Origin: Octopus sinensis
Taxonomy: Eukaryota
DNA: 64,000 nt
NCBI RefSeq assembly: GCF_006345805.1
Contig: NC_043011.1
Span: 19,852,464 to 19,916,463 of the forward strand
Direction: 5' to 3'
The notes under the pieces are model-generated. The model did not search any database. It saw only the letters and a program-made list of their open reading frames with translations, and was not told the origin of the DNA. The translations under genes and the position numbers were made by a program. Numbering within the stretch: the stretch's first letter is position 1; every line of letters begins with the position of its first letter. Shown here one piece after another: positions 53,105 to 64,000 of the stretch.

Positions 53105-53152
53105 GTCTCTGATGATGGGATATATTTTATATCCCCGAAACAGCTGTAAGGC
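53105..53152 (+). ncRNA. Minimal type I hammerhead ribozyme, core intact
   Basis: gtct-CTGATGA-t GGGATATA tt.. TATATCCC c-GAAA-C AGCT G-TA-aggc; ~40 nt upstream of (TA)n. Confidence 0.85.
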
Positions 53153-53193
53153 TATCTTTCTCTTTATAATGTCCTAGAAACTTCACACTGCCT

Positions 53194-53243
<50 letters not shown>

Positions 53244-53473
53244 CTAAAAGTGTGTGATGATTTCACAACTGATTTCTATGTAAATTAGGTAACAGCTGGT
53301 AAAATTAATTCAGTACACAGGTTCTTGTTAGAACCTTCCATACTTTTGTCTATTACTTTCTTCCGAACCCAAGTGATGGCTCGTCTTCAAAATTTATAAA
53401 CGAAAATAGTTTAACTTGTGACTATTTCATAGATATGAAATAGTACTTTTTCGAGTATAAACATAAATACGTA

Positions 53474-53893
53474 GGCGTAGGAGTGGCTGTGTGGTAAGTA
53501 GCTTGCTTACCAACCACATGGTTCAGGGTTCAGTCCCACTACGTGGCACCTCGGGCAAGTGTCTTCTACTATAGTCTCGGGCCGAACAAAGCATTGTCAG
53601 TGGATTTGGTAGACGGAAACAGAAAGAAGCCCGTCGTATATATGTATGTATAAGTATGTGTGTGTATATGTGTTTGTGTGTCTGTGTTTGTCCTCCCAAC
53701 ATCGCTTGACAACCGATGCTGGTGTGTTTACGTCCGCGTCACTTAGCGGTTCGGCAAAAGACACCGATAGAATAAGTACTAGGCTTACAAAAAATTAAGT
53801 CCTGAGGTCGATTTGCTCGACTAAAGGTGGTGCTCCAGCATGGCCACAGTCAAATGACAGAAACAAGTAAAAGAATAAAAGAGAGTAAGGAGT
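53474..53893 (+). mobile_element. SINE family A, full length
   Basis: ggcgtaggagtggctgtgtggtaagtagc...gaaacaagtaaaagaataaaagag. Confidence 0.92.
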
Positions 53894-54339
53894 ATATGGA
53901 AAAATACATTAATCTTATCATGAGGGTCATTCACTCATCAACGGAAATGTTTCAAACAGTAATTAGTTTTTTGTTTTTTTTTTACTGATTATAGAAACAG
54001 CGAACACGTCAATGGAATAAATATCAAGAGAATTTTCTGAAACAAATGTAAAGTCACATAAAATAAAGGAAATGTTTTCTGTTTGAGATTATTCGCGAAT
54101 TTCTACTGACAGATATATACTTTTCATCTCATTTTTTTCCATCTTGTACAATTTTCGATATTGTACAATTTCAATTTCTAATCGGCCATGTAACAATTCC
54201 TTTTCTTTTACATGCATAATAGCCTTGAAGAACTATTAATCATCCTCTAAAATAACTTCTCATAATGTAAAACGCTGAAGCATAACATTCCATAGACCAT
54301 TTATTGTATAGTTTATTCGGATCCCTAACACCTGCCATA

Positions 54340-54346
54340 TAATATG

Positions 54347-54378
<32 letters not shown>

Positions 54379-54667
54379 ATATATATATATTTATATATAT
54401 ATATGTATATATATATATACATATGTACATATATATATATGTATACATATATATATTTATATATATATATATGTATATATATATATGTATATATATATGT
54501 ATATATATTATATATATGTATATATATATATAGATATATATATATGTATATGTATATATTATATATGTATATATATATATGATATATATATTATATATGT
54601 ATATGTATATATATAATGTATATATATATATGTATATATATATATGTTTACATATATATATATATAT

Positions 54668-54700
<33 letters not shown>

Positions 54701-54703
54701 GTT

Positions 54704-54744
<41 letters not shown>

Positions 54745-54765
54745 GTATGTATATATATACATATC

Positions 54766-54802
<37 letters not shown>

Positions 54803-54893
54803 GTGTATATATATATATATATTATATATATACATACGTATATATATGCATACATACATAAATATGTGTATATATATACGTACATACATACAC

Positions 54894-54942
<49 letters not shown>
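54340..54942. repeat. ~600-bp degenerate (TA)n/(TATG)n microsatellite
   Basis: Direct repeat; source of the YI ORFs. Confidence 0.98.
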
Positions 54943-54947
<5 letters not shown>

Positions 54948-55109
54948 TGGTTTGGTATCAAGAAGTTCCAAAAGGCAGGTAAGTCTATATTATTGCTACG
55001 GAAAGACGGAAAGACCGCTATTAGACACCCGGTTCGATAATTGTCCGGGTGAAGATTCTAATGCGGGTCGTTTGTGAACGTGTATATGTTAAATAAAATG
55101 AGACAACAA

Positions 55110-55340
55110 AGCCAACGGAGCGTGAAATTTCTAGGATATTTATTAAGCGAAAGATAGCCTTACAGCTGTTTCAGGGATTTACGAGTTATCCCAGCACCAG
55201 AGACGATACGAGAGTTAAGGAAATACTTTTTCCCAGTTAACACCCTCAAATCGTCTCTGATGATGGGATATGTTTTATATCCCCGAAACAGCTGTACGGA
55301 TATATTTCTCTTTATAATGTCATAGAAACTTCACACTGCC
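55110..55340. ncRNA. Inverted pair of hammerhead motifs of the 53105 family (- at 55157-55204, + at 55253-55300)
   Basis: + copy CTGATGA..GAAA CAGCTG TA with broken stem I; - copy has core CTGGTGC but intact stems I and III; flanks form an inverted repeat. Confidence 0.7.
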
Positions 55341-55342
55341 TA

Positions 55343-55389
<47 letters not shown>

Positions 55390-55390
55390 A

Positions 55391-55425
<35 letters not shown>

Positions 55426-55746
55426 ATATATATATATTTATACATATATATATATATATATACATTTCAACAATTGAGAGTAAAATTAATTAATTATTAA
55501 TCAATTTCATCAAGTATTCAGTATGTAAAGGGACCATTTTAGGCGAATTCAAAATATTACATTATATATAAGGGCTTAGTAAAATAAATTACTTTGCCAC
55601 ATACTGAACTCATTAGAAATAGCAGCTAAAGAAATTTCTTTAGCTATTTCTAATACTTAAAAAGATCTCTCTCAGATAGTGTTTGCTTAAACCAACTCAT
55701 AAAGGTATGGGGGAAAAACATTAAAAAATCAAGTGCAAAGGTTATT

Positions 55747-55798
55747 TGAGAACGTACGTTTCTAGATTAGTCAAATCGACATTTCTTTCGTCAGCTCA
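55747..55798 (-). ncRNA. Type I hammerhead ribozyme, core intact (unit 1)
   Basis: Minus strand: tgag-CTGACGA-aagaaatgtcgatttgactaatcta-GAAA-C GTAC G-TT-ctca; stem II irregular. Confidence 0.7.
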
Positions 55799-56304
55799 GA
55801 ACTCCTTGATTCGGATTTGGGAACACTGAAAGTGGGAGCATACCCTTTTGGCTTCTTATCACCTCTAGAATTCCGCTCGAACTGAAAGTGCTATCAAATT
55901 CAAAATATGCAAGCGAAGAATTTCTGCTCTCCCCTTTCCACCAGCGTGGGTTGAAATTGACAAACACTATGTTTTATCGGTGAAACCCGAAGCATTAAAC
56001 AGAGAGAAATGAATTATAATTTCAACAATTGAGGGTAAAATTAATTAATTATTAATCAATTTCACCAAGTATTCAGTATGTAAAGGGACCATTTTAGGCG
56101 AATTCAAAATATTACATTATATATAAGGGCTTAGTAAAATAAATTACTTTGCCACATACTGAACTCATTAGAAATAGCAGCTAAAGAAATTTCTTTAGCT
56201 ATTTCTAATACTTAAAGAAGATCTCTCTCAGATAGTGTTTGCTCAAACCAACTCACAAAGGTATGGGGGAAAAAAACATTAAAAAATCAAGTGCAAAGGT
56301 TATT

Positions 56305-56356
56305 TGAGAACGTACGTTTCTAGATTAGTCAAATCGACATTTCTTTCGTCAGCTCA
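56305..56356 (-). ncRNA. Type I hammerhead ribozyme, core intact (unit 2)
   Basis: Identical to 55747-55798, 558 nt away. Confidence 0.7.
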
Positions 56357-56793
56357 GAACTCCTTGATTCGGATTTGGGAACACTGAAAGTGGGAGCATA
56401 CCCTTTTGGCTTCTTATCACCTCTAGAATTCCGCTCGAACTGAAAGTGCTATCAAATTCAAAATATGCAAGCGAAGAATTTCTGCTCTCCCCTTTCCACC
56501 AGCATGGGTTGAAATTGACAAACACTATTTTCAATTTGGTAGCACTTGATTTTTTAATGTTTTTTCCCCCATACCTTTGTGAGTTGGTTTGAGCAAACAC
56601 TATCTGAGAGAGATCTTCTTTAAGTATTAGAAATAGCTAAAGAAATTTCTTTAGCTGCTATTTCTAATGAGTTCAGTATGTGGCAAAGTAATTTATTTTA
56701 CTAAGCCCTTATATATAATATATATATATATTTACGTATATATATATACATATGTATATACATACTATACATAGTATATATATATATATGTTT

Positions 56794-56885
<92 letters not shown>

Positions 56886-56942
56886 TGATAATTGATCAAA
56901 TAAAAATAAAAATAAAAATAAAAACATGAGGCGAAGGATTCA

Positions 56943-57020
56943 GCTGGTACATATGTTTCGGGCCTTTATTAGACAGATTCATAACAAATCATAATGTATG
57001 TCTGTGGCCTTCTTCACCGC
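56943..57020 (-). ncRNA. Degenerate type I hammerhead with long stem II
   Basis: Minus strand: gcgg-TGAAGA-aggcc..acagac...tctgt..aggccc-GAAA-C ATAT G-TA-ccagc; C3 missing. Confidence 0.55.
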
Positions 57021-57216
57021 GCACGCACAACAGCTTCCACAAGGACATGTGTTACTTCCGAAATCTTGGTTGGGGATGCAAATCTTCTCGTTCCCGTACG
57101 ACATAATGCGGCAGCAGCATCGAATTGAATCGTCCATCCCTTTCTTTCTCATACACCACCAAACGGCATACACAGGTGCTTATAATTATCAAGTACTCAC
57201 CCCGAATTTCTACACT

Positions 57217-57264
<48 letters not shown>

Positions 57265-58063
57265 TAGTGAAGACATAGCAGCAAGAAGTGAGAGGAGATA
57301 GAAAATGCATTGTTCTGCATTTTCAACACGTTAGCATGTACTGGTCTCCTTTTGCTAAACACCCTGCTCAAAATCGTTGGGATCTACGTTGTTTATTACA
57401 CTGTGCCAGGTAAACAATATTTCAGAAACATAACATAGTAAATCGACTCCACAAATAAAAAGAATTATTTAAACCAAGAAACCAATGGCAAAGCGTTTCT
57501 CAGGAAGACTCGTGGGATCAATAAAAATCACATATTCAGATTTATAATACATCCAGCTTCATAGATTAAACAGGCGCGTTCTCAAAAGATTGTTTACGAC
57601 TACTTCGATTAATAATAAATATTTCGCCTGCATTGAAGATGTCCGTTGTAAAGGAGAGATAGAAAAATAACGTTGCAAAAGTCATATATTGCGACATGGA
57701 AATGTAATAATGAGGCGAAACCGAAATTACTGAACTGAGAATAAGAAGGGAACTGATTATATATTTTCGTATTTCAGGATTATTACTACAATTTCAAAAA
57801 TCTTTGATAGGTGTACGCAAACTCCCACAGCAGGCAGACATATTATATAAACATATTATTTCGAAAAATTGCCATCCTCAACTACTGCTATTTTTGCGCC
57901 CACCGAAACTAAATCTTAAATCTCCCAGCTTAAAACCTAGTTATCTTATCTCAAGAGTCTTCTATACACTGTGCGTTGCATCTTGAAGATGAAATACTTG
58001 TGGTAATATAAATGATTTTGTCGGTACATTCCATCTTCTCTTAATTTCTTTAATATATATTCC

Positions 58064-58271
58064 CTTTTACTCTTTTACTCTTTTAATTCTTTCAGTTATT
58101 TGACTGCGCCCATGCTGGATCACCGCCTTTAGTCGAGCAAATCGACCCTAGTACTTATTCTTTGTGAGCCTAGTGTTTATTCTATAGGCCTCTTTTGCCG
58201 AACCGCTAAGTTACGGGGACGTCAACATACCAACAACGGTTGTCAAGCAATGTTTTGGGGAACAAACACAA

Positions 58272-58304
<33 letters not shown>

Positions 58305-58455
58305 TATATATATATATACATATATACGACGGGATTCTTTCAGTTTCCGTCTACCAAATCTACTCACAAGGCTTTGGTCGAACTGAAGCTATAGTAGAAG
58401 ACACTTGCCCAAGGTGCCACGCAGTGGGACTGAACCCGGAACCATGTGGTTGGTA
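58064..58455 (-). mobile_element. SINE family A
   Basis: Reverse complement of the family A consensus. Confidence 0.9.
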
Positions 58456-58600
58456 GCATGTGTTTACAAGGTGGTAATATTTGAAGGCGACTTTTATGGC
58501 AACGTGTAATGCATTCAGTTAATTAATTAATGGCCTCTTCCCTAGTAAGCAAGATTCATAGAGACTATTCAGAGCATGAGCCACAGGTTCTAGAATGTGT

Positions 58601-58802
58601 ACTCTTTAACTTGTTTCAGTCATTTGACTGCGGCCATGCTGGAGCACCGCCTTTAGTCGAGCAAATCGACCCCGGGACTTAATCTTTGTAAGCCCAGTAC
58701 TTATTCTATCGGTCTCTTTTGCCGAACCGCTAAGTGACGCGGGCGTAAACACACCAGCATCGGTTGTCAGGCAATGCTAGGGGGACAAACACAGACACAC
58801 AA

Positions 58803-58839
<37 letters not shown>

Positions 58840-59002
58840 CGACAGGCTTCTTTCAGTTTCCGTCTACCAAATCCACTCACAAGGCATTGGTCGGCCCGGG
58901 GCTATAGCAGAAGACACTTACCCAAGATGCCACTCAGTGGGACTGAACCCGGAACCATGTGGTTGGTTAGTAAGCTACTTACCACACAGCCACTCCTGCG
59001 CC
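58601..59002 (-). mobile_element. SINE family A, full length
   Basis: Reverse complement of family A, ends accacacagccactcctgcgcc. Confidence 0.92.
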
Positions 59003-59210
59003 TGTGTGCTGCATATTTTATAATCGACCATGAAATCTCATACTTAATCCTGAGATTACGTGTTTCCTTTGGTGGGGTATTCTTTTTCAATATTTTAAAC
59101 AAAATTTTATGTACATAGCAAAAATATACATTTATCTCTATTTCTGTAAGCAGTTGTATATATGTAGTATGTCTATATTGTTGTGTGCAGTATAAATTTA
59201 CGTAATATAT

Positions 59211-59428
59211 TTATTTCTTTACTACCCACAAGGGACAAACAAGGACAGACAAACGGATTAAGTCGATTATATCGACCCCAGTTCGTAACTGGTACTTAAT
59301 TTATCGACCCCGAAAGGATGAAAGGCAAAGTCGACCTCGGCGGAATTTGAACTCAGAACGCAACGGCAAACAAAATACGACTACGCATTTCGCCCGGCGT
59401 GCTAACGGTTCTGCCAGCTCACCGCCTT
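59211..59428 (-). mobile_element. SINE family C, full length
   Basis: tatttctttactacccacaaggg...gcatttcgcccggcgtgctaacggttctgccagctcaccgcctt. Confidence 0.9.
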
Positions 59429-59979
59429 CAATTTTATATAACGTAATTTTATATAACTTGGACCTTCCACGAAATTGCTTTTTTTGTCAACAATTTGTGT
59501 AGATGTATGTTTATGTTTAATAACAAATTGTGCAGATGTATGTGTATGTTTAATAACGAAGGTAACGGGCACTCAGACACACACACACTCAGAGACACAT
59601 ACACATACATATAAAAAAGGTGATGATATGCACACATACATATAGTAAGAGAGACACATACAGACATACATTTACGCATGTCAGCCGTCACATATGTATA
59701 TCGGTGTAGATGTGTGTGTGTTTAATAAGGTACCTAACGTGGAAACACGCAGTCAGAGAGACATACAGACTCATGCACACACATACACTGAGAGACACAT
59801 ACACTCATATATGAGACACCGTCGTTGTCGTGCTTTGAAATGTCCTTTACTATCTCGTACACATCGAACGGCCAAGCACACACACAAAGGTGAAAGAATA
59901 AAAGTGAAGCAATATTACACAACTGCTTTCGATAGAGGGAGAAATGTAAATAACGTATTTAAATAGACGGAGTGCAGAA

Positions 59980-60443
59980 AATTTAAAGTAATGTTGTAGT
60001 GACAACGTACAAAGAGCGTGAAGTCAAAGATGTTTACATACGACAAAACTGAAATACACAGAAGTCAATTTTCAGAGAGAGAGAGAGAGAGTTGGTGAGT
60101 GAGTGAGTGAGAGTTTGAAAGAAACATGTGTCTGTGAAACGGGGAAAAGAAAAAGAGATAAATAGAGAGAAATGGTAGGGGATCGCTTGAAAACTGCAGA
60201 CGTCATAGGGACAGAATCGATTGAAAACTGCAGTATTTTGGAGAAAAACCCGTGTGAAAAACTTTCTTCTACGGTCGGTTGGTCGCATTACGTGGGAGCT
60301 CTGAGAAAAATGTTAGAGTGCATGGCCATCTATGACACATAGGTAATGTGTGTTTAAAGTTTGGTGAAAATCGGTTAGAAAACGTAGAAATGCAAACGTA
60401 CTACACACAGAGACACACACACATCCTTTGTTTTATATCTATA
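59980..60443 (-). mobile_element. Non-autonomous Helitron-like element 5' part
   Basis: Minus strand starts tatagatataaaacaaagga(tg)n...ccgattttcaccaaactt, resembling microsatellite-carrying non-autonomous Helitrons; 3' hairpin/CTRR not found. Confidence 0.45.
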
Positions 60444-60842
60444 ATACATTAAATATCAGATTGAATCTTGCTTGCAATGTTACTCAGCCAAACTGGCGCA
60501 AAATCGGAAAATACTATGAATTAAGAACTTCTGAAATGTAAATACGAACGGAATGAAACAACTTTCACATAAATCGAGTAAGTGTTTGTGAAGACATTAG
60601 GAGTTTTCGGGATATAAATACCCAAAGCGGTGCATAATGCGAAAGGTCTCTGAAATTAACTTAATCCTGAGAGGGACGTAACTCTTACTTTTTGATTAGA
60701 TACAGTGACTTGACAATGAAAAAAATACAATTTGATTTTTTACCGTGTTTGTATTTTCGATTTTGTTAAACACAATATTTTAATCCTTTAGAAATATTTT
60801 TAAGTGAATTTAATTTCAAAAATATAAGTTGTTTGTATAACA

Positions 60843-61240
60843 AGGAGTGGCTGTGTAGTAAGTAGCTTGCTTACCAACCACATGGTTCCCTGTTCAGTCC
60901 CACAGCGTGGCATCTTGAGTAAGAGTCTTCTACTATAGCCTCGGGCTGACCAAAGCCTTGTGAGTGGATTTGGTAGACGGAAACTGAAAGAATCCTGTCG
61001 TATATATGTATATGTATGTGTGTATGTTTGTGTGTCTATGTTTGTCCCCCTAGCATTGCTTGACAACCGATGCTGGTGTGTTTACGTCCCCGTCACTTAG
61101 CGGTTCAGCAAAAGAGACCGATAAAATAAGTACTGGGCTTACAAAGAATAAATCCCGGGGTCGATTTGCTCGACTAAAGGCGGTGCTCCAGCATGGCCGC
61201 AGTCAAATGTACGAAACAAGTAAAAGAGTAAAAGAGTAAA
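60843..61240 (+). mobile_element. SINE family A, full length
   Basis: aggagtggctgtgtagtaagtagc...gaaacaagtaaaagagtaaaagagtaaa. Confidence 0.92.
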
Positions 61241-61850
61241 ACAGTATTCATATTTTAGCTTTCTTTAAGCAGATAAATACTTTTATGTTTTTTAAAATTA
61301 TTTACCAGTGAATACAATTACAAAAATCATTTCGTATATTTAAAAAATATTTTAAAGTGAAAATGACTTTAAGAATACGGTAAATATTTCATAAAAGACC
61401 CGTTCGTAACCTTTGTTTGTTACTGTATTTCGTTTTAACTCTCTTTACCGTCTGTTCACTATTTATATCTACGTTTATTTCTATCATCTGCATATCCAAA
61501 AATCAAAATAAGTCTAATATCCTCACACACATCCCTGCCCTAATTAACTACCATTCTTTTCTCTCAGTCCAACACTTTCTTCTCCGCCCCGACAAATACA
61601 CACCGAACTGCCCACATACCTCAATCAAACTTTTCATTGATCAATAATGGTAACGTAAATACCATATCGCCTCAAGAAAGGAACGCATCAATATGATCCC
61701 CTCGATGTCCATAGATATTATGGACTGCACTGTAATCATCCCAGGAATACAGTGTGATCGAAAGAAACATGTGACTCGTGGAAACGCGCGTAGCGATGCA
61801 TTAAAATATATATATAAATTCCATCCATGGTTTATTATTATTATTATTAT

Positions 61851-61892
<42 letters not shown>

Positions 61893-62160
61893 AGTAGTAG
61901 TAGTAGTAGTTAGTAGTAGTAGCAGCAGCAGCAGTAGTAGTAGTAGTAGTAGTATGTATATTTATATATATACATATAGTGTATATGTGTGTGTTTGTGT
62001 ATGTATATAGATAGGTAGATACATAAATAGATGGATAGATAAATAGGTAGATAGATATGTGAATATAATCATGGATGCTGTCATGTTACGTAATCGCATA
62101 CACAAATACATAATACGTACATACATACATATGTATGTGTAAGCATAAATAACATTCTGT

Positions 62161-62490
62161 GAAGGCACATGGCTCAGTGGTTAGAGCTTCGAGCTTACGA
62201 TCGTGAGGTTGTGAGCTCAAATCTCGGACCGGGCTGCGCGTTGTGTTCTTGAGCAAAACACTTTACCTCACGTTGCTCCAGTTCACTCAGGTGTAGCAAT
62301 AAGTTGTGACGTCACAGGTGTCAAGCTGTATCAGCCCCTTTGCCTTTCCCTTGGTGGCGGGGAGAGGGGAGGCCGGTATTCATGGGCGACTGCCGGTCTT
62401 CTATAAACGACCTTGCGCGGACTTGTGTCTGGGAGGGTAACTTTCTAGGCGCAATCCTATGGTCTGTGTCGTGACCGAAGTGAGTCTCAG
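62161..62490 (+). mobile_element. tRNA-derived SINE with a conserved central domain
   Basis: ggcacatggctcagtggttagagc head; gcgttgtgttcttgagcaaaacactttacctcacgttgctccagttcactcag body. Confidence 0.8.
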
Positions 62491-63559
62491 AAATAACATT
62501 CTGTGGATTGTAACGATCATTATTAAAGCAGTATAACAGAGTATTGTGTGATTTGCAAGTGACTTTGCGGCAATGTCATCTATACCTCGCTAACACATGG
62601 ATTGGACGTATATTTATTGAACTATCTAGTGTCTAACTCCAATTTTCATACTGAAGAAGTATACATGTTTACGTGCACACATACACGCATATATGTTTAT
62701 AGGAGTTTCTGTTTGTTTATGAGTCTGAGCAAACAGAAAGAGAGGGGGTGAGATAGTGAGAGATGAAAGCAATTTAAGTTGTCAAAGAAGAATTACGAAC
62801 TGCATCCTTCAAAAATCACCTATGTCGTCTGGCGTGGCTGAAGATGACAAATCTGCTACCGTTGGAGTAAGTTCTACGGCATCTATTGATGTGTCATCAT
62901 CAAACGTTTTCGGTTGGCAAAGACACGAATTCATTCAGTGTAGAATTCTTTGGAATCCTACACAAGGACGGCCGATGAAACCCGGGCGGTCAATACGTTC
63001 GGAAACGTTGGAAAAAATAAGAGAAAATAAAGATTATCGAATATGTTAACGCAAAAATATATTGAATAGATAACTGCAAAGAGCTGACTTCCAAACAGGT
63101 GATAATATTGCAAATGAATAGTATCGCAATATTGTAACGTCTCTATCCATTTGCAATTATGATGTCATAACTGGATAAAACAGCTTTAGATAATGCTTTG
63201 ATTTTAAATATCTTTTGAACACCTGGCTAATATACGGCACATGTAATAACCAAAATTATTTTCATTCGAACACACACGTAAACACATACGTACACACATC
63301 AGAATCACAGTCATGCAGACACACATGCGCAGACACACATGCACAGACACAACGCAAATTCATCTATATGCACACATCAAAGCACAAACTTGAACTGAGA
63401 TATACAAATCCGAATTTCTTATCTGCGACTTCCTTCATCAAGTTTTCTGCAATGAGAAAATTTTTTGTTCTATACATCTTGCACTGAGGAGGACAGTGAT
63501 ATGTGATTAATTTAATTTAATCAAATCAATTTTATTTTTTCTACCATGTTATTGACATG

Positions 63560-63820
63560 CTAATATTACTGTTTGAAACGATCGTATGCCTGTATTAAAA
63601 TTATTTTCAATTTTAACGTCTTCTTTTCTCCATGTTTAACATATTTGAGGAGTTTCTATGGGATACCTTTCCATAAAGTCTCCTAACACACCATATACAT
63701 GTAATAATTTCATATTTGCAAAAATCTTACGCCAGTAACCTACTAGAAAAATTTGCAGAATCTTTGTTAGAAATCGTGCTTTGGAATCCTCCAAAGTAAA
63801 GGATGAAATATAATTCACCC
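63560..63820 (-). pseudogene. Possible decayed LRR fragment
   Basis: ORF 63636..63818 contains GYWRKIFANMKLLHV, resembling FxxMxxLxxL. Confidence 0.25.
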
Positions 63821-63870
63821 TTCACACACACACACACCACACACACACATATATATATATACACACATTT

Positions 63871-64000
63871 CCTTTTATCTGTTTCAGTCATTTGACTGTG
63901 GCTATACTGGAGCACCGCCTTTAGTCGAGCAAATTGGCCCCAGAACTTATTCTTCGTAAGCCTTGTACGTATTCTATCGGTCTCTTTGCCGACCCGCTAA
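63871..64000 (-). mobile_element. SINE family A 3' part, running off the window
   Basis: tgtttcagtcatttgactgtggctatactggagcaccgcctttagtcgagc. Confidence 0.88.

Larger units (their letters stand above)
55465..56715 (-). mobile_element. Hammerhead-bearing 558-bp tandem repeat plus inverted terminal segment (Penelope pseudo-LTR/retrozyme-like)
   Basis: 55465-55970 repeats at 56020-56530 with a few differences; 56541-56715 is the reverse complement of ~56115-56294; (TA)n on both sides. Confidence 0.85.

Overview
AT-rich, microsatellite-saturated eukaryotic DNA with no intact protein-coding gene. The SINE families and (TA)n/(GATA)n/(AAT)n density point to an octopus genome (inference from recall, not a database match). 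Nearly all long ORFs in the track are microsatellite artefacts. Four kinds of content are supported. (1) Transposon relics: tRNA-derived SINEs of at least three families, CR1-like, RTE, R4/Dong, L1/Tx1 and Penelope-like retroelements, a Gypsy gag relic, Tc1/mariner relics, a Helitron-like element and a (CCCTAA)n-bearing MITE. (2) About a dozen minimal type I hammerhead ribozyme motifs from several families. Most have palindromic stem III, several lie inside inverted-repeat cassettes next to (TA)n, and two sit in a 558-bp tandem. (3) Scattered, heavily decayed leucine-rich-repeat (TLR-ectodomain-like) pseudogene remnants in otherwise unique DNA. (4) A SINE family sharing its 3' tail with a Tx1-like LINE flanked by (GATA)n. 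All alignments, folds and frameshifted translations were done by eye, so boundaries are approximate.
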